DNA of 54,434 nucleotides, the filler included, from Sphacelaria rigidula (lineage: Eukaryota), in NCBI GenBank assembly GCA_964200075.2. It is 5 parts of 5 records of this genome, joined end to end, with 100 filler letters (N's around TTAATTAATTAA, not from the genome) between each part and the next. Parts side by side here need not be neighbours in the genome. Positions count along the whole stretch, not along the records: positions 1 to 10,808 come from CAXNAA020005875.1; positions 10,909 to 21,715 come from CAXNAA020005876.1; 3 more parts are not named here. One strand, written 5' to 3'. Within the stretch, counting starts at the first letter, position 1; each line of letters starts with the position of its first letter. The notes beneath the pieces are model-generated. The model saw only the letters and a list, made by a program, of their open reading frames with translations. It had not been told where the DNA came from and did not search any database. Shown piece after piece: positions 1 to 11,796 of the stretch. Both the position numbers and the translations under genes were made by a program.

Positions 1-2225
1 GTGGGGGGCGGAGGCGGGTTGGTGCATAATCGCGCATATGCACGAGATTTACGTGGTCGTTCGAAAAGATAGACACTTACTTGCACAGGCACCGGTTGTA
101 CGGTGACGCCGGTACGGTAGTTAATTCGACGTTCGTCGGCGAGAAAGGGGACAGTATGGCTGAAATTTCAGGATAAATGAAGGAGCTAGTGATCGTTGGA
201 ACATGATATTTGGTCTGATGTGTTGGTGAGTCCCTTCAACCGAGTACGTGTATTACCGTACGATGATGAGCGTGAGCAATGTCGTTATATCGCAAGTGAT
301 ATCGTTGTCGTCGTTTTATGTGACCGTTGTCAAAGCGAACTCGATAGAGTGTAGATTGTTACACGTACAGTTTGGCTAGCGGTGTGGCGCAAAGCGTGGG
401 CTGATAAAGTCGGCCTGCGTTAGTTATGTTGAAAGTAACGTGATGCGTGGTGTGGGGCTTGTGAAATCGTGTTGACTTGTGCATGGTCATTTCTCCAGTT
501 TCTGGTTTGAGCAACTTTCATAAAACCTGATTACCCGACATCACACGACTGACCGGTCGCCTAGGTCAGCGCATGTAGAGAGGTTAGGGGACGGGGCGGG
601 GAGGGAGATGTGGTGGTGTGGTAATTGAATGTGTTCGAAGCGCAAAAAAGTTGTCCGGGTGTAGAATGAGTCGTGGAGCAACTGTTGAGCTGAAACACGT
701 ACATGGTCGATTGATTTTTGTTTGTCTAAATTTGTTCTGGGGTGGATGTTGAACGCAGCCTGCGCGCGAAGACACTGCTGCTATGTATGCCGTCCATGTA
801 TGTTTTGTTTCGTAGACGTGACACGCGCGCCGCAAATGTGTCTGGTTCGTGCTGAGGAGTGAGAAACGAGCGAGTTTTGTGTTTCTTTTTTTCGATGCTT
901 TTTTTTGTCAATTGTACCGGGAGTGCTGGGAAGTCTGTGCTGCTGCATGAGCGAAGTTCGAGGCGTTCAGTTTTTCGTGGGTTATTCATTTCGTTTTACT
1001 TTAGTTGAGGTAAAACAAGCAAGGAGGGTAATTGCAAACGTTTCTGCTAATAAAAAAGCGTAGTATGGTGATGTTTGTGTGCGGCAGAGATAACTTTGGC
1101 CGGTGTAAAAGAAACAAGCGATGCAGTCAAGGAGAGGGTGATGACTACTTGTAGTACGCGGTTGGTCGCAGTGCTTGTGCATAGATATCTCGTCGAATAG
1201 TTGGGAAAACAAACCTCGTTTGTGAGAGTGCAAAGCATGGAAGGAATACATGCTTACGATCAGCGCGGACGCAGGCCATGTACTACTTACTGTACGTAAG
1301 ACTATTGATGATATTATACAGAGACCGCCTGCGCATGATCGTGCGATGTTCGGTGTGTTTGATTCTTGTATCGCAGTGTATCACCCGCGAGGGGTGGTTT
1401 TTGACATTGAGATGAAAAAAACTGTCCATAACTAGAGGGTTGTCAGATGACGGTGAGTGTTGTACTGTACGAGTCGTTCTAGTCTACTGTCGGCGAGTGT
1501 GCTCTCGTAGTTCGTCAGGTTCGATCCATTTTCAAGCGCGGAGACAACTGGAGGGTATATAATTGCTCCAGCTGCGCCGCGTCTAAGATAAAGGCCCAAG
1601 CAAGTAAGGGGCGACGAACATTTCGCCTCTGGAAAGAGTGAATGATGAAAAAAATCATGTGCGCGCGGTGGGTGGCGTTTCGTTACCGCTGCACACACCA
1701 GTAGTACACCATGCAGTACTATTGGGAATATGCAGCATGAGGGGCATGAATGATTTTTGAGATTCCTCAAAGCCGCTGCCGGACCAAACCGAACACGCAC
1801 ACAAAAGCGATGAATTGTTGAGGAACGACGCGCGTGTGGTAAATATTTGATATTTGTAGGTATGACACTTACACACGCAATCGGCATACAGTGGATGGGC
1901 TCCCAACGATGAGTGACACACTTTCTACACATGAACGTCAAATTTTCGAAGGGCTGTCGTATGATCGGCCGTCTCTTGAACAAAAAAACTCGAATTCGAC
2001 CGAAACATGCAAATAAAATGAATGGGTCTCATATCGCCGAAGAAACTGAAAAAGTATCTTTGACCAGATGGATGCACGCAATTCGTACTCTAAACTGTTC
2101 GATCGAGCTTTGTTTCATGCATTGGGGCACTGAACTGTTACAGGGGATTCCGAAAACTGCGAACGAAAGTTTTCGTATGAAATTTAAGAAAGAAAAAAGG
2201 GTAAGAAATTGTGGGAAGCGCAAGG

Positions 2226-2466
2226 CCGCAATAGCCCCCTTCCAGGAAAACAGCTGGTGTGAGCAAGCAAAATGTACATGTATACCAAAATGACAAAACC
2301 CGAGCACACCGAGCAGCTGGGAACTCCCACGCTTGGGGTCATTTTCGCCAATATTGCTTATTATGTGAGGCGCTGCTTCGCGCAGTCTGAAACCAGCCAA
2401 TATGCACTATTTGGCCATTTTCTTTGTGGTAGTTCTGCGGTTGGTTTTTCGGGGGGGCTATCGCGG
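2226..2466 (+). mobile_element. MITE family A (~240 bp), copy 1
   Basis: Terminal inverted repeat CCGC(A/G)ATAGCCCCC...GGGGGCTATCGCGG; internal sequence (GAGCACACCGAGCA..GGAACTCCC..GCTTGGGG, TGGCCATTTTC) shared with 5215-5450, 48274-48593 and 54160-54339. TSD and superfamily not resolved. Confidence 0.8.
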
Positions 2467-2605
2467 TGCGGAAGCGCTGACCGAATCCGCGACACCAAAA
2501 TGCAAGGCGAGTACCGGGGAGAGAGGGGTTGATGATGATCCCTTGAGACAGAGCAGGAACTCGTCTTGAGGAAGGGGGGGCGTTCAAAGTGCGACAAATA
2601 AAGTA
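2463..2605 (+). mobile_element. SINE-like repeat family D, 3' portion
   Basis: CGGTGCGGAAGCGCTGACCGAATCCGCGA..GTACCGGGGAGAGA..GTTCAAAGTGCGA followed by an A-rich tail; homologous to 3670-3768 plus 4063-4110 and to 21583-21715 (-). Confidence 0.7.
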
Positions 2606-3134
2606 AATAATGATTGAAAAATATTATGGCGGCATCAATCGGAAAAAATACCCCTCGAAGGACTCTCCGAGGCACCTTCGGGAGAACGAAAACACTACTG
2701 TAGCTAACCCCTGTGACACATATACTGATAGCACACCCGGAATAAATACTTTAATGCCGGTAGATGCCGGGATCGGTCGGAGAGATATACCAGATAAATC
2801 CCTCCGCAAGCTCATGGACTCGGTTCTCCAACGTTCAATGTGGAGGCCCCCAGTGAGTTATCAGCCTCCACCTCCCGTGAAGACGCCGCTGAGGGATGCG
2901 GGTACCATTCCCAACAATTTCAAACACTTTCGAGGAATGTTAATTCCTCCACAAAAAAAAGTGATTCCTCCATTTTTCAGTATCTCCTGTTGTTCTGCCT
3001 CTTTACTCACGTGCACATCATGTTATCATGTCATCATGTTGTAGTAGGTATCGTCACGCGGAAATTCACCGCGCGTACACACCAAAACAGCAGGGGGCAT
3101 AGAAAGTAAAACATCAGGAGTAAGGGTGATTCGC

Positions 3135-3350
3135 TTCTAGATCATTCAACATAGAATCCGATCACGAAGGTGTCAAATCGGCTGAGAAATCACCGTTTCT
3201 CTCTCTCCGGAAGGGCATGGGCTTGAATAAGAAGCCGTACTCTCCCTTCCCTGTCCTTCCGCAAGGGTTGATAATAAAAAGCCATATGAAACCACCGCAG
3301 TATCAAGAAACCGTTTGAGTGCCCGTAGATAGACTCCTCGAGTATACATC
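3135..3350 (-). pseudogene. Degenerate Ty1/copia reverse-transcriptase fragment
   Basis: With frameshifts the minus strand reads ILEESIYG/LKR..W..PC..VIGFYV(D)DL, matching the order and spacing of copia RT motifs L.KSLYGLKQ..W, DPC and YVDD. Confidence 0.55.
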
Positions 3351-3669
3351 ACCTTTCTAATGCAAGTGATGCTGATCAACAGATTGAGGCCTCTGGGTGT
3401 TAAAAAAGGAGTTACGGCTCTGGTCACGGAGACGGTAAGGTTATGTTCCACTATCATGTTACACACGGCGCGCCGCGATGGTGAAAAAACAAGCGGTCCC
3501 ACTGTCGCTATTAAGGTGGAGAGAACGAAGGTTCAATTTTCGAAGCGTCGGGTTTTTTCTTCGAAGCATCAGATTTCCAACGTCGATAGCAGATTTCCAC
3601 CGTCGAAAGCATTAGTACGTGATAAAACAAATAGTAGTTGACTGATGAGTTTGTTTGGCGAGAGTTGAT

Positions 3670-4110
3670 GCGATCCGGGAGTGCTGATAGTCATGACCCA
3701 ATCCGCGAGACCAAAATGCAAGACGTGTACCGGGGAGAGATGGGTTGATTCCTTGAAACAGACCACGGACAACAATGTTTTCGTGACATTGAGGGTAGAG
3801 GATACGATTGAGAATGAAAAGCGGTCTAATGAATCGTTTCAGTTCCGAACTGCCCCTCCACGAGGCTCAATATGCTTTCTATAGTAGCTGGCCACTGAGG
3901 CCCTTGATATCCCTGAGCAGGATATCGACGCGTAGCTGCAAGCACACGCCAGTGTTACAGGCAAAGGAAAGCACACACGGAATAAAAGTTGGCCAGGTTA
4001 ACGCGAATGGCCAAAGCCGCTCTCAATCAGCGCTCTACTCTCAATCTCACGAAAACATTGTTGGACTCGTCCCAAGGATGGGAAGGGGTTCAAAGTGCGA
4101 CAAAAAGATA
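3670..4110 (+). mobile_element. Family D copy split by an internal insertion containing repeat family H (3932-4060)
   Basis: 3670-3768 and 4063-4110 match consecutive parts of the 2463-2605 copy; 3932-4060 matches the tandem units at 32737-32930. Confidence 0.65.
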
Positions 4111-4396
4111 ATCAATTACACAGGATTTACCGTGCATCCTCAGTTGAGTCCCGTTTCTTCAGTCCAAATGTATCACAACTCTTGGAGATCAACGCTTAGT
4201 TTCTTTCCAACCTGTTGACCCTTTCAGCACGCACATATTCGATTGTCCCACGTGAATTGATCCCCGCGGGTCATGTGGACATATGATGCATTCAGTCGTA
4301 GCCATTAAATACCACATGTACCCACTGAAAGTAAACAAAACGGAACCCCCGCTAGAGAAAAACAAAAGAGGGAAACGACAGAGAGAGAACAAAAAA

Positions 4397-4801
4397 CTGT
4401 GTGAAATACAAGTGTAGGATGACCGATATCTTTAGGATGATATTCCGAAAATTAAGAATCTTCATATCTCCCGCAAAACAAAACGACGCGCACCATTTTT
4501 TCTTCAGTACGTTTGTGATACCAACTACGAGCACGTCACAAAAAAATGAGGATATTTGCTTAATTATCAGGGTCCCAGAGCCTAAACCGTTTTTCGACAT
4601 TTCCGTGCAAACGCGTGTGGTGGTTGAAAATGTCCAAACACTGTTCTAGGACCCTCAATCCTCCGTGAAAATCGTCAATTTTTTGTGACGCGCTCGTAGA
4701 TGGTACCATAAACGTACCGAAGAAATATTGGTGGCCGTCGTCCTGTTTTGCGGAAGATATGGCGATTCTTAATTTTCATCCTACACTTTTATTTCACCCT
4801 G
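4397..4801. mobile_element. Foldback MITE with long inverted arms, Tc1/mariner-like termini
   Basis: Left CTGTGTGAAATACAAGTGTAGGATG vs right end reverse complement CAGGGTGAAATAAAAGTGTAGGATG; the arms stay complementary over most of the element. The TA TSD is not intact. Confidence 0.75.
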
Positions 4802-5214
4802 TTCAAAAGGAGTAAGCTGAGAAACAAAAACAAGCAGGAAGGGAAGGGAAAGGAAAGGAAAGGAACGAAAAGAACTAGGAAAAAATGAAGCAAGGCAATA
4901 AAATCAAATATAAAACATTTTTTTCATACATATGTCATCCAGGAATGGCCGGCCCCTACAGCACACCTTTGGTGAAACAACACCTGTTCGCGTCATGTAT
5001 AACAGCATCACAGTCAAGCACCTCAAAAGTGTCATCAACCTTCGGACGCTATTCTGAATTGCTATATGCAGAAAGCGTGTATTGGCGGGTGAAGTCGGCC
5101 ATTAAATAAAATAGTAACACATTTCCCCCCCCCCATTACTGGTGAACCCTTCTCGCGATCAAGGAACAAGACAAGCACCGCAGAAAGTAGAGTACTTGGA
5201 CCAGGAAAAAAATG

Positions 5215-5450
5215 CTGCGATAGCCTCTCCCAGAAGGATGGCTGTTTTGAGGAGGCGAAATCCACATGTGAACCAAAATGACATAAGCCGAGCACACCGA
5301 GCACCCGGGAACTCCCATGCCTGGGATCTTTGTCGCCGATGCTGTCGCCCATGTGAGGGACTTCATTAAGTCCGCAACCAACCATCACGCGTTGTATGGC
5401 CATTTTCCTCATGACAGTTCTGGAGCTGGTTTGGGGAGGTGCTAGCGCGG
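5215..5450 (+). mobile_element. MITE family A, copy 2
   Basis: Colinear with 2226-2466, with degenerate TIRs. Confidence 0.75.
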
Positions 5451-7130
5451 CATCACTCGAAAGCGAAAAACCTCCCGTGTTGAAGTTTCCCCCCATGCCA
5501 CATGCCACGCCGACTAAAGAATGTGGGCTGGTCGTGCAGAGAAGATGGGATGACAACACGTACCCTGTACATATGTTTCAGAGGGGTTGTTGTCATAGAT
5601 TTTGTCGCAATCGGAGCTGCTGTGGCTTCCCGATCGCATGTTATCAGCATGAATAATACTATTCGACATCCTGTACACAAAACCAGATGCTACTTTTCCC
5701 GTGGAAAAAGACGATACTCTTACAAACGGATCACTACCATAATACTCGTAATATCTGCGTCCGGTCCAGCTCCAACCTCCGCTCATTCCTGTTTCTCTGT
5801 CCAACCCCGCCAATTGATTCCTCGAGACTTCACGTGCCAGGACGTAAACTGCACGGGGAAAAGCTTGGATGATCCAGTGCTCGATTCACATGACCAACCC
5901 TCGTCCTAATCGGGCATCGTCATTGTGACTATCTATGGTTATATATCGAGCAGTACCTCCATCAGGTCAAGTGGGCAGGAGTGAAGCAAGTAACTGTCGA
6001 ATCTTCAACATTTCAACGCGAACAGCGCGATAGCTTCGAGGAGGATTTGCTCACGCTATTTGCTGCTTCTCGCAGAAAACTGCTGCGGCGAATTGTATCA
6101 GAGCTCGATGCAACCCCATAGCCCTCAAAACCACGAAACGTGGCTCACTTGAGCTGACTCGAGCAGAGTACTCTAGGATCAAATCGTTCAAAACTTGCAA
6201 CGAACAAAGGCAAGACAACAGATCAAACGGTGAGTACGAAGACCGCCTTTGTATATATTTCACCAGTTGAATGAATTCACCGTGTTTCATCAACTAAAAA
6301 ATCAACCACACAGCTTCTCGAACGCGCGCGCAAGAGGAAACACACACACACACACACACAACGAAAGCAACCCATCTCGTTAAAACGTCTGGCACATCCC
6401 GTAGAAAACCCGTGGAAATGACGCACAGACAGTCGTGTGCATTTTGTTCTTGTCATTCAGCATAAACATACACGTACCCGACTTTTTCACTGCATCGTGG
6501 CGATCAAAAAAGTGTTTTGCCCCATCACAACACGATTTTCGACAAAGTGCACGGTACTGTCTCACGCTCTTGAATCAAACAGACGTCAACGAGTACCAGG
6601 ACCCCCCCCTCGACCCTTCTGGACTGTATGGCAGCGCACGCACGCGGTTCATGTTCGTTGTACACATGTCAAGCGAATGTCGAGCGAAGTGCGCCTTCTG
6701 TACGTGAAACCGCTACAGCACAATACCCACCGTTCTCCAACCCCTCAACACATGCCTTCCACCCCTCCCTTCCCTCCTGCTTGATTCGCTGGTCCGCTTG
6801 TGCGTGCTTGTTGCAAAGGTCCGTCACTTGTCGCACAAAGTCTACGTTCTACACTATCTGCCGTGACATGGCACTAAAACGGGCGGTTTGTATTTCACTC
6901 ACATATTTTTTACCAAGATGCCCGCAAATTGGCCGTTTTGAGTCGTGTGCTCACCCTCCCCCCCCCCCCCCCCCCCCCCCGTGCGTGCGTCTCTCCTTCC
7001 CCCACCAACTCAAGACGGTTTTGCGAACACCACACAGCGGAGGGAGCACTCACCACAACTCAGCCGGAAAGCAGCATTAGCCTTTACTTGAACAATAGTG
7101 TTGTACCTCCCTCTTTCCCCCCCCTTCACT

Positions 7131-7195
7131 GCTCCGTCTCGAAAGGGATGCGTGGTCAATGGTCAGACGACTAAGGCAAGCAACACATGAGAACG
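7131..7195 (+). mobile_element. ~65-bp C-run-associated element (family B)
   Basis: GCTCCGTCTCGAAAGGGATGCGTGGTCAATGGTC..ATGAGAACG followed by CCCCC; flanked by CCCCCTTCACT / CCCCCTCCACC (degenerate TSD). Confidence 0.85.
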
Positions 7196-8786
7196 CCCCC
7201 TCCACCAAAGATTCGTCCCGAAATTAGCCGACCACACGAGTGAAGAGGAGGCAAGACAAAAACGAAACATGAATACCGTCAAGAGTAAAGACAGGAAGTG
7301 CACCCAAACCTGCGGCGCAAAACTCCTCGCCCGAAACCTTACTTTGCGCGTTCGGCGGCACATTTATCGGAGGACACGTAACAAGGGGCATGCACTGCCC
7401 GCAACAACACTCACGGCGACACAAGATTGATCATGTAGCTTTAGCTTTCAAAAACAAGCACAAAGCGTACGCAGCATACCCGGAAAGATTACCCTTTTTT
7501 TCTCCCCCCGTAAGCAAGAAATAAAACTCAACGAGTACAAGTAACATAACACCGGTCCCCACACATCCCTACACTACCGAATGGAGACAGGCAGCAACGC
7601 GGGTCCTTCCAACTTCAACCCAAACAGAAGGGCAGAAAGACACGCTGAGACGTGTAGGGTCGCTGCGCGCCCGCCTTCATCAACCTTCATCTTCAGATTT
7701 TTCCTCGCCTCTGGGCTGCACGTACGCTCTCGAGGCGTACAGCGCACGGCACCCACTGCTCTTCGTTTCTATCACACTTCACGTTCTCCGAGCTCCTGCT
7801 TTTTAGGATACCCACTAGCAGTCGCCTTATGCTTACTAATAGTGTTCTTGGTAAGATCACATTTTTGTTTCCACTAATGTACAAAGTATGTTGTACTCCA
7901 CGATGCAATGACGTCGCTTTCTTCGTTTTTACGGTAACACATAACTGCGCATGCGCTAGAAACGGTCTGCAAACCAAATATAAGCCAGACCTTGTCCGCA
8001 GCAAAAAATCGCTCAATAGAGCGCAGTTTTTTTTCATGATGCCATGGTTGCCCAAGGTGCTTTGGTCATGCCCATGAGCCCATTTGGCGGTGGAGCGGCC
8101 GGGTCCATCCTCATCTCGGAGGCCATGATCTGGGTAAAAGCCGGGCGAAGATCGAAGACAAAATGGATCATGACTCGTGTGCAAGAGCACCCAGGCGCGG
8201 CAACGTGGTTGTTGTATCAACCGATTGTGGGATAACAAAAAAAGAGACAGGAGTAAAATAGGACGACGGTCACGTTGAGGCATACCTGGGCACTTCTGGG
8301 ACGGTGTCGGGTACAGCTCCGATAGCACTACGAAGTACCCGAAATGCGGCAACCTCATCGACCCAGAGGGCAAGATTCCTGACCATGACTACAGACCCAG
8401 CACGTGTACCAGAAATCGTCCACTTTTTTTCTTTTCTGAACTGTGCCCGAAACTCCAGGGGTATCCTGGACGAGAACTACAGGAACTTCGAACACTAAAC
8501 GTGACGACAAACTCCGCAGATGCAGAGAGCCATTTATTTTGGCTCTTGGTCACGCACATTTCGTCCACGCCACGCAAGCGGCAAGCGCGGAGTTGAGGTT
8601 CACAACTTTTGGCAATGATTCACACAGGGGTAAAAAAGCAGCAGAACCAGCTATTTGCCGCGCGCGTTTTGTTCCCTGCGAATGCAAAAGGCCGCTTCCG
8701 CTTTTTTTATTGTATTGCTGTCCATGTCCCATCTCACCGGACGTGTGGACAGTTAAACTACAGTGACGCTCGTTCACCTCTCTTAA

Positions 8787-8888
8787 CCCTTGGACCGCTG
8801 TGCGGGTAGTCCATCTGGATCACGCATACTTTTTTCAAGCGAATATTGATGCCAATTCAGGAGGTGAATTACCCTCGCGGTCAAAGGG
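8787..8888. mobile_element. piggyBac-type MITE (102 bp)
   Basis: TTAA|CCCTTGGACCGC...GCGGTCAAAGGG|TTAA: TTAA duplication with CCC/GGG termini. Confidence 0.9.
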
Positions 8889-9940
8889 TTAAGTGGCACT
8901 CCCGTTCTGTGTTTAGTGACGGAACTGTCATCTCCACGCCGTGAAGTGCAAAGCAAACTAATTGGAAATTGGAATAGAAAAAACACACACACTGCTCCTC
9001 CGGTTGCGCCTGACACTCCGGTTCTCGCTTCAAAGCCTTTTCGAACTCACGAAAAACAGTACAAACTCCCATATGCGAGCTTTCGTCACCGGGAAAGCGT
9101 CACTTCGAGTTAGGTTGACGAATCCGTCACATTAGTATACTTGGACTTAAAGCGGTGCATCGTTTCGGTGGGCTGCATTATCAACACTTGCAGAACAACA
9201 ACCGTATCTTGCCCACGAAAACGTCAAAATTGAAAATCGTCACTTTTCCATCAACGGTGCCAAAAGGGTGAATGTCAGCCACTCTTCTGTGCGGTGCATA
9301 TCTGTAAGCTTCTAAACACGCGGCAACGCTGGATTATCCACCCACTCACAGTTTAGTATGGGAGTGTCACATGGTATCATCTTCTACTTTATTCTCGTCA
9401 TACAGTAATTTCAACCTCGACACCTCCCAACCTCTTCCTCGGGAAGAGCCTGCTGTACCAGATGATGCTGTATCAGACGATCAGCCCAGCTACCCCTCTG
9501 TCACCGCAGGCAAACTAAATTATCCACGTTCAGTCACATCAGAGATCGATCACGTGGTGTAATTGTCACTGCATTTTGTTTTATGTCCAGTACGATTGGA
9601 CACGGAGAAAAAAAAATCGGTAGAAGCGTTTTATGGTTTTTTTTTGTGTGTGTGGGGTTCATCGCCAAAAAGTCAAGAGTTGTGAAGCTAAGCCCGAACT
9701 TGCCTCTTTTGAGGAAGTTGGTCCTTACAGCATCTCCCTTCTGAGTTGGCAGTCGTCATTGGGTATCCTGCCGTCTCGGCCAATCAGATCGCCGTATACT
9801 GGTGCCGTTTACATTGCTAGCGGAGCTGCTGTAACTGGAATCGTCCCTAAAATCGCTCGAGTATACATGAACATGAGCATTTCCGAATAAAAACGAGACG
9901 GCATGATAATAATTTTGTCAACATCACAACTTGCTTCTTA

Positions 9941-10423
9941 GGCCGGATGTTATGGTACACAGATTTTTGGCCCACGGATTGTTCACTTTTGGGACGTTTA
10001 ACCCACCTTTTGACCCCCAAACAGGGAAAATCGCCAACACATGTCTCGGACACTTTTCATCAACCTACAGAGAGGCTCCTAGTCTGCTTTTCAGATTGGC
10101 TTGGCTCCGAGGTTCCAAGATTGGCCGCTGAACAAAAATTTGTGTGCAAAAATCTGTGCTTGTCGACCCCCGCCAATTTGCCCAATAATCTGTGGAGATC
10201 GCCGCGGATTTTATTGCACACGGATTATTGTTCAGCCGCCGCTCTCGACACCTTGGAGCCAAGCAAATCTGAAAAATGGGCTACACTCCTCTCTGTGGGG
10301 GTAAGGCAAAGTGTCCAAGACGTGTGTTGGCGATATTTCCTGTTTGGGGGTCAAAAAGTGGCTCAAACGTCCCAAAAGTGAACAATTCGTGGGCCCAAAA
10401 TCTGTGTGCCATAACATCCGGCC
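9941..10423. mobile_element. PIF/Harbinger (Tourist)-type palindromic MITE
   Basis: TTA|GGCCGGATGTTATGG...CCATAACATCCGGCC|TTA: 3-bp TTA TSD and inverted arms over about 220 bp. Confidence 0.85.
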
Positions 10424-10751
10424 TTAGTTCGAAGTTTATGGAAACGAAACAAAAGGATGCCTGAAGAAGGTGGCCAACTTCAAACCACCAGAGACGTTTT
10501 CGGATGACAAGAAAGCCAAACGGAGCACGTATGCTACCTCGGAATGACTGCAGCAGCACCTCTCTGTTCGGACGACTCCAGCACACCACTGGCGGTTGTT
10601 GGCGTACGAACGTCGATTTTTGGGGCGAGTTAACATATCCCCGAGAAATTCAGGGGGTGGTGTACATCCAGAAATGACATCGCGTTCCCAAGGGCTGGTT
10701 ACTATAAGCCGGAACTGGGCGCGCGGGAGGGGGGGGGGGGGGGGGGGGGGG

Positions 10752-10808
10752 GTACGCCATTGTTGGTTGCCAAAGACATGTGACCGTTGACCACGCATCC
10801 CTTTCGAG
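10752..10808 (-). mobile_element. Family B element, cut by contig end
   Basis: Long G-run, then GTACGCC..TGACCGTTGACCACGCATCCCTTTCGAG. Confidence 0.75.
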
Positions 10809-10908
10809 NNNNNNNNNNNNNNNNNNNNNNNNNNNNNNNNNNNNNNNNNNNNTTAATTAATTAANNNNNNNNNNNNNNNNNNNNNNNNNNNNNNNNNNNN
10901 NNNNNNNN
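10809..10908. other. Artificial contig linker (N44-TTAATTAATTAA-N44)
   Basis: Exactly 100 bp, with a stop-in-all-frames core; identical at four positions. Confidence 0.99.
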
Positions 10909-11796
10909 CCCTTTTGGGCAACCAGGCCGAAGAAATTGTGAATTTGGTGATTTTGAGTCGTGATGATTTGTCCTAACCGTGGAAGCTTTGCAACTTCATT
11001 CTTCTCGAGAAACAAGTCCTTGCGTTACCGAGAAATCCCTTTAGTTGTCACATATTTCCCAGATATTTTCAACTACACAGCTTGTGGCGATGTGGCCTGT
11101 GGCATCAAAATAACAACCGCACTTTTCGCGATAACAATTCAAGGTGTAAAACTCATCACCTCGGTTGTCGAGGAAACTTGTAAAAAGCCATGTACTGCAA
11201 GCTGTGTGACCTTTGGGCGAGGGTGGCGAATTTGTACCAAAGTATACTACCGTATGGTACTGTAGCATAGTATCACACGTCTCTTCACACGGTGTAATCC
11301 GATACGGTAGCAATACGCCTGTCGAGAGCTTGGTACCTTGCTGAGTGGTTGATCTCTGCTGAACTGTGGGGTTGCTAACGGTCTGTGTGTACAGTATTAA
11401 AGTCGAAAAATCCTGATTTACGGTCGGCATGGACAGGACAGGACAAGTTACCTGTACATTCCAGCTAGCTTAGATTCAAAGGTACGGGTGTGGGCGTCGA
11501 GCATTCAGCTGTCATTCGCCTGTCGTAGCTCCGTTCGTCGACATGGGGAGTCAACGCCAACATCCTCGTACTGCTAGTCAATGCCGTGCTGGCAATGCCC
11601 GCCACTGTTTGATGGTGTTTTGGGGGGCACCTAAATATATATACTGACAGTCTCGGAGTTCAGCCTATGCGTTGCTATTATTATATCTGTACTGATCCTA
11701 GCATTCAAATTCGCAAAGTGGATGATTCTTGAGAGGTGACGCCCGCCCCGCAAGTCCAGAGTAGCACGAGTACATTTGTCGTGGCCAGTCCCATGA

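Noticed and set aside
7131-7195. Family B/C as a hammerhead or HDV-like ribozyme
   Set aside because: No CUGANGA core on either strand, and I could not build the HDV nested double pseudoknot. Structure is likely but no known ribozyme class is supported.
10853-10864. TTAATTAATTAA palindrome as a regulatory or piggyBac site
   Set aside because: It is embedded in N-runs identically four times, so it is an assembly linker.
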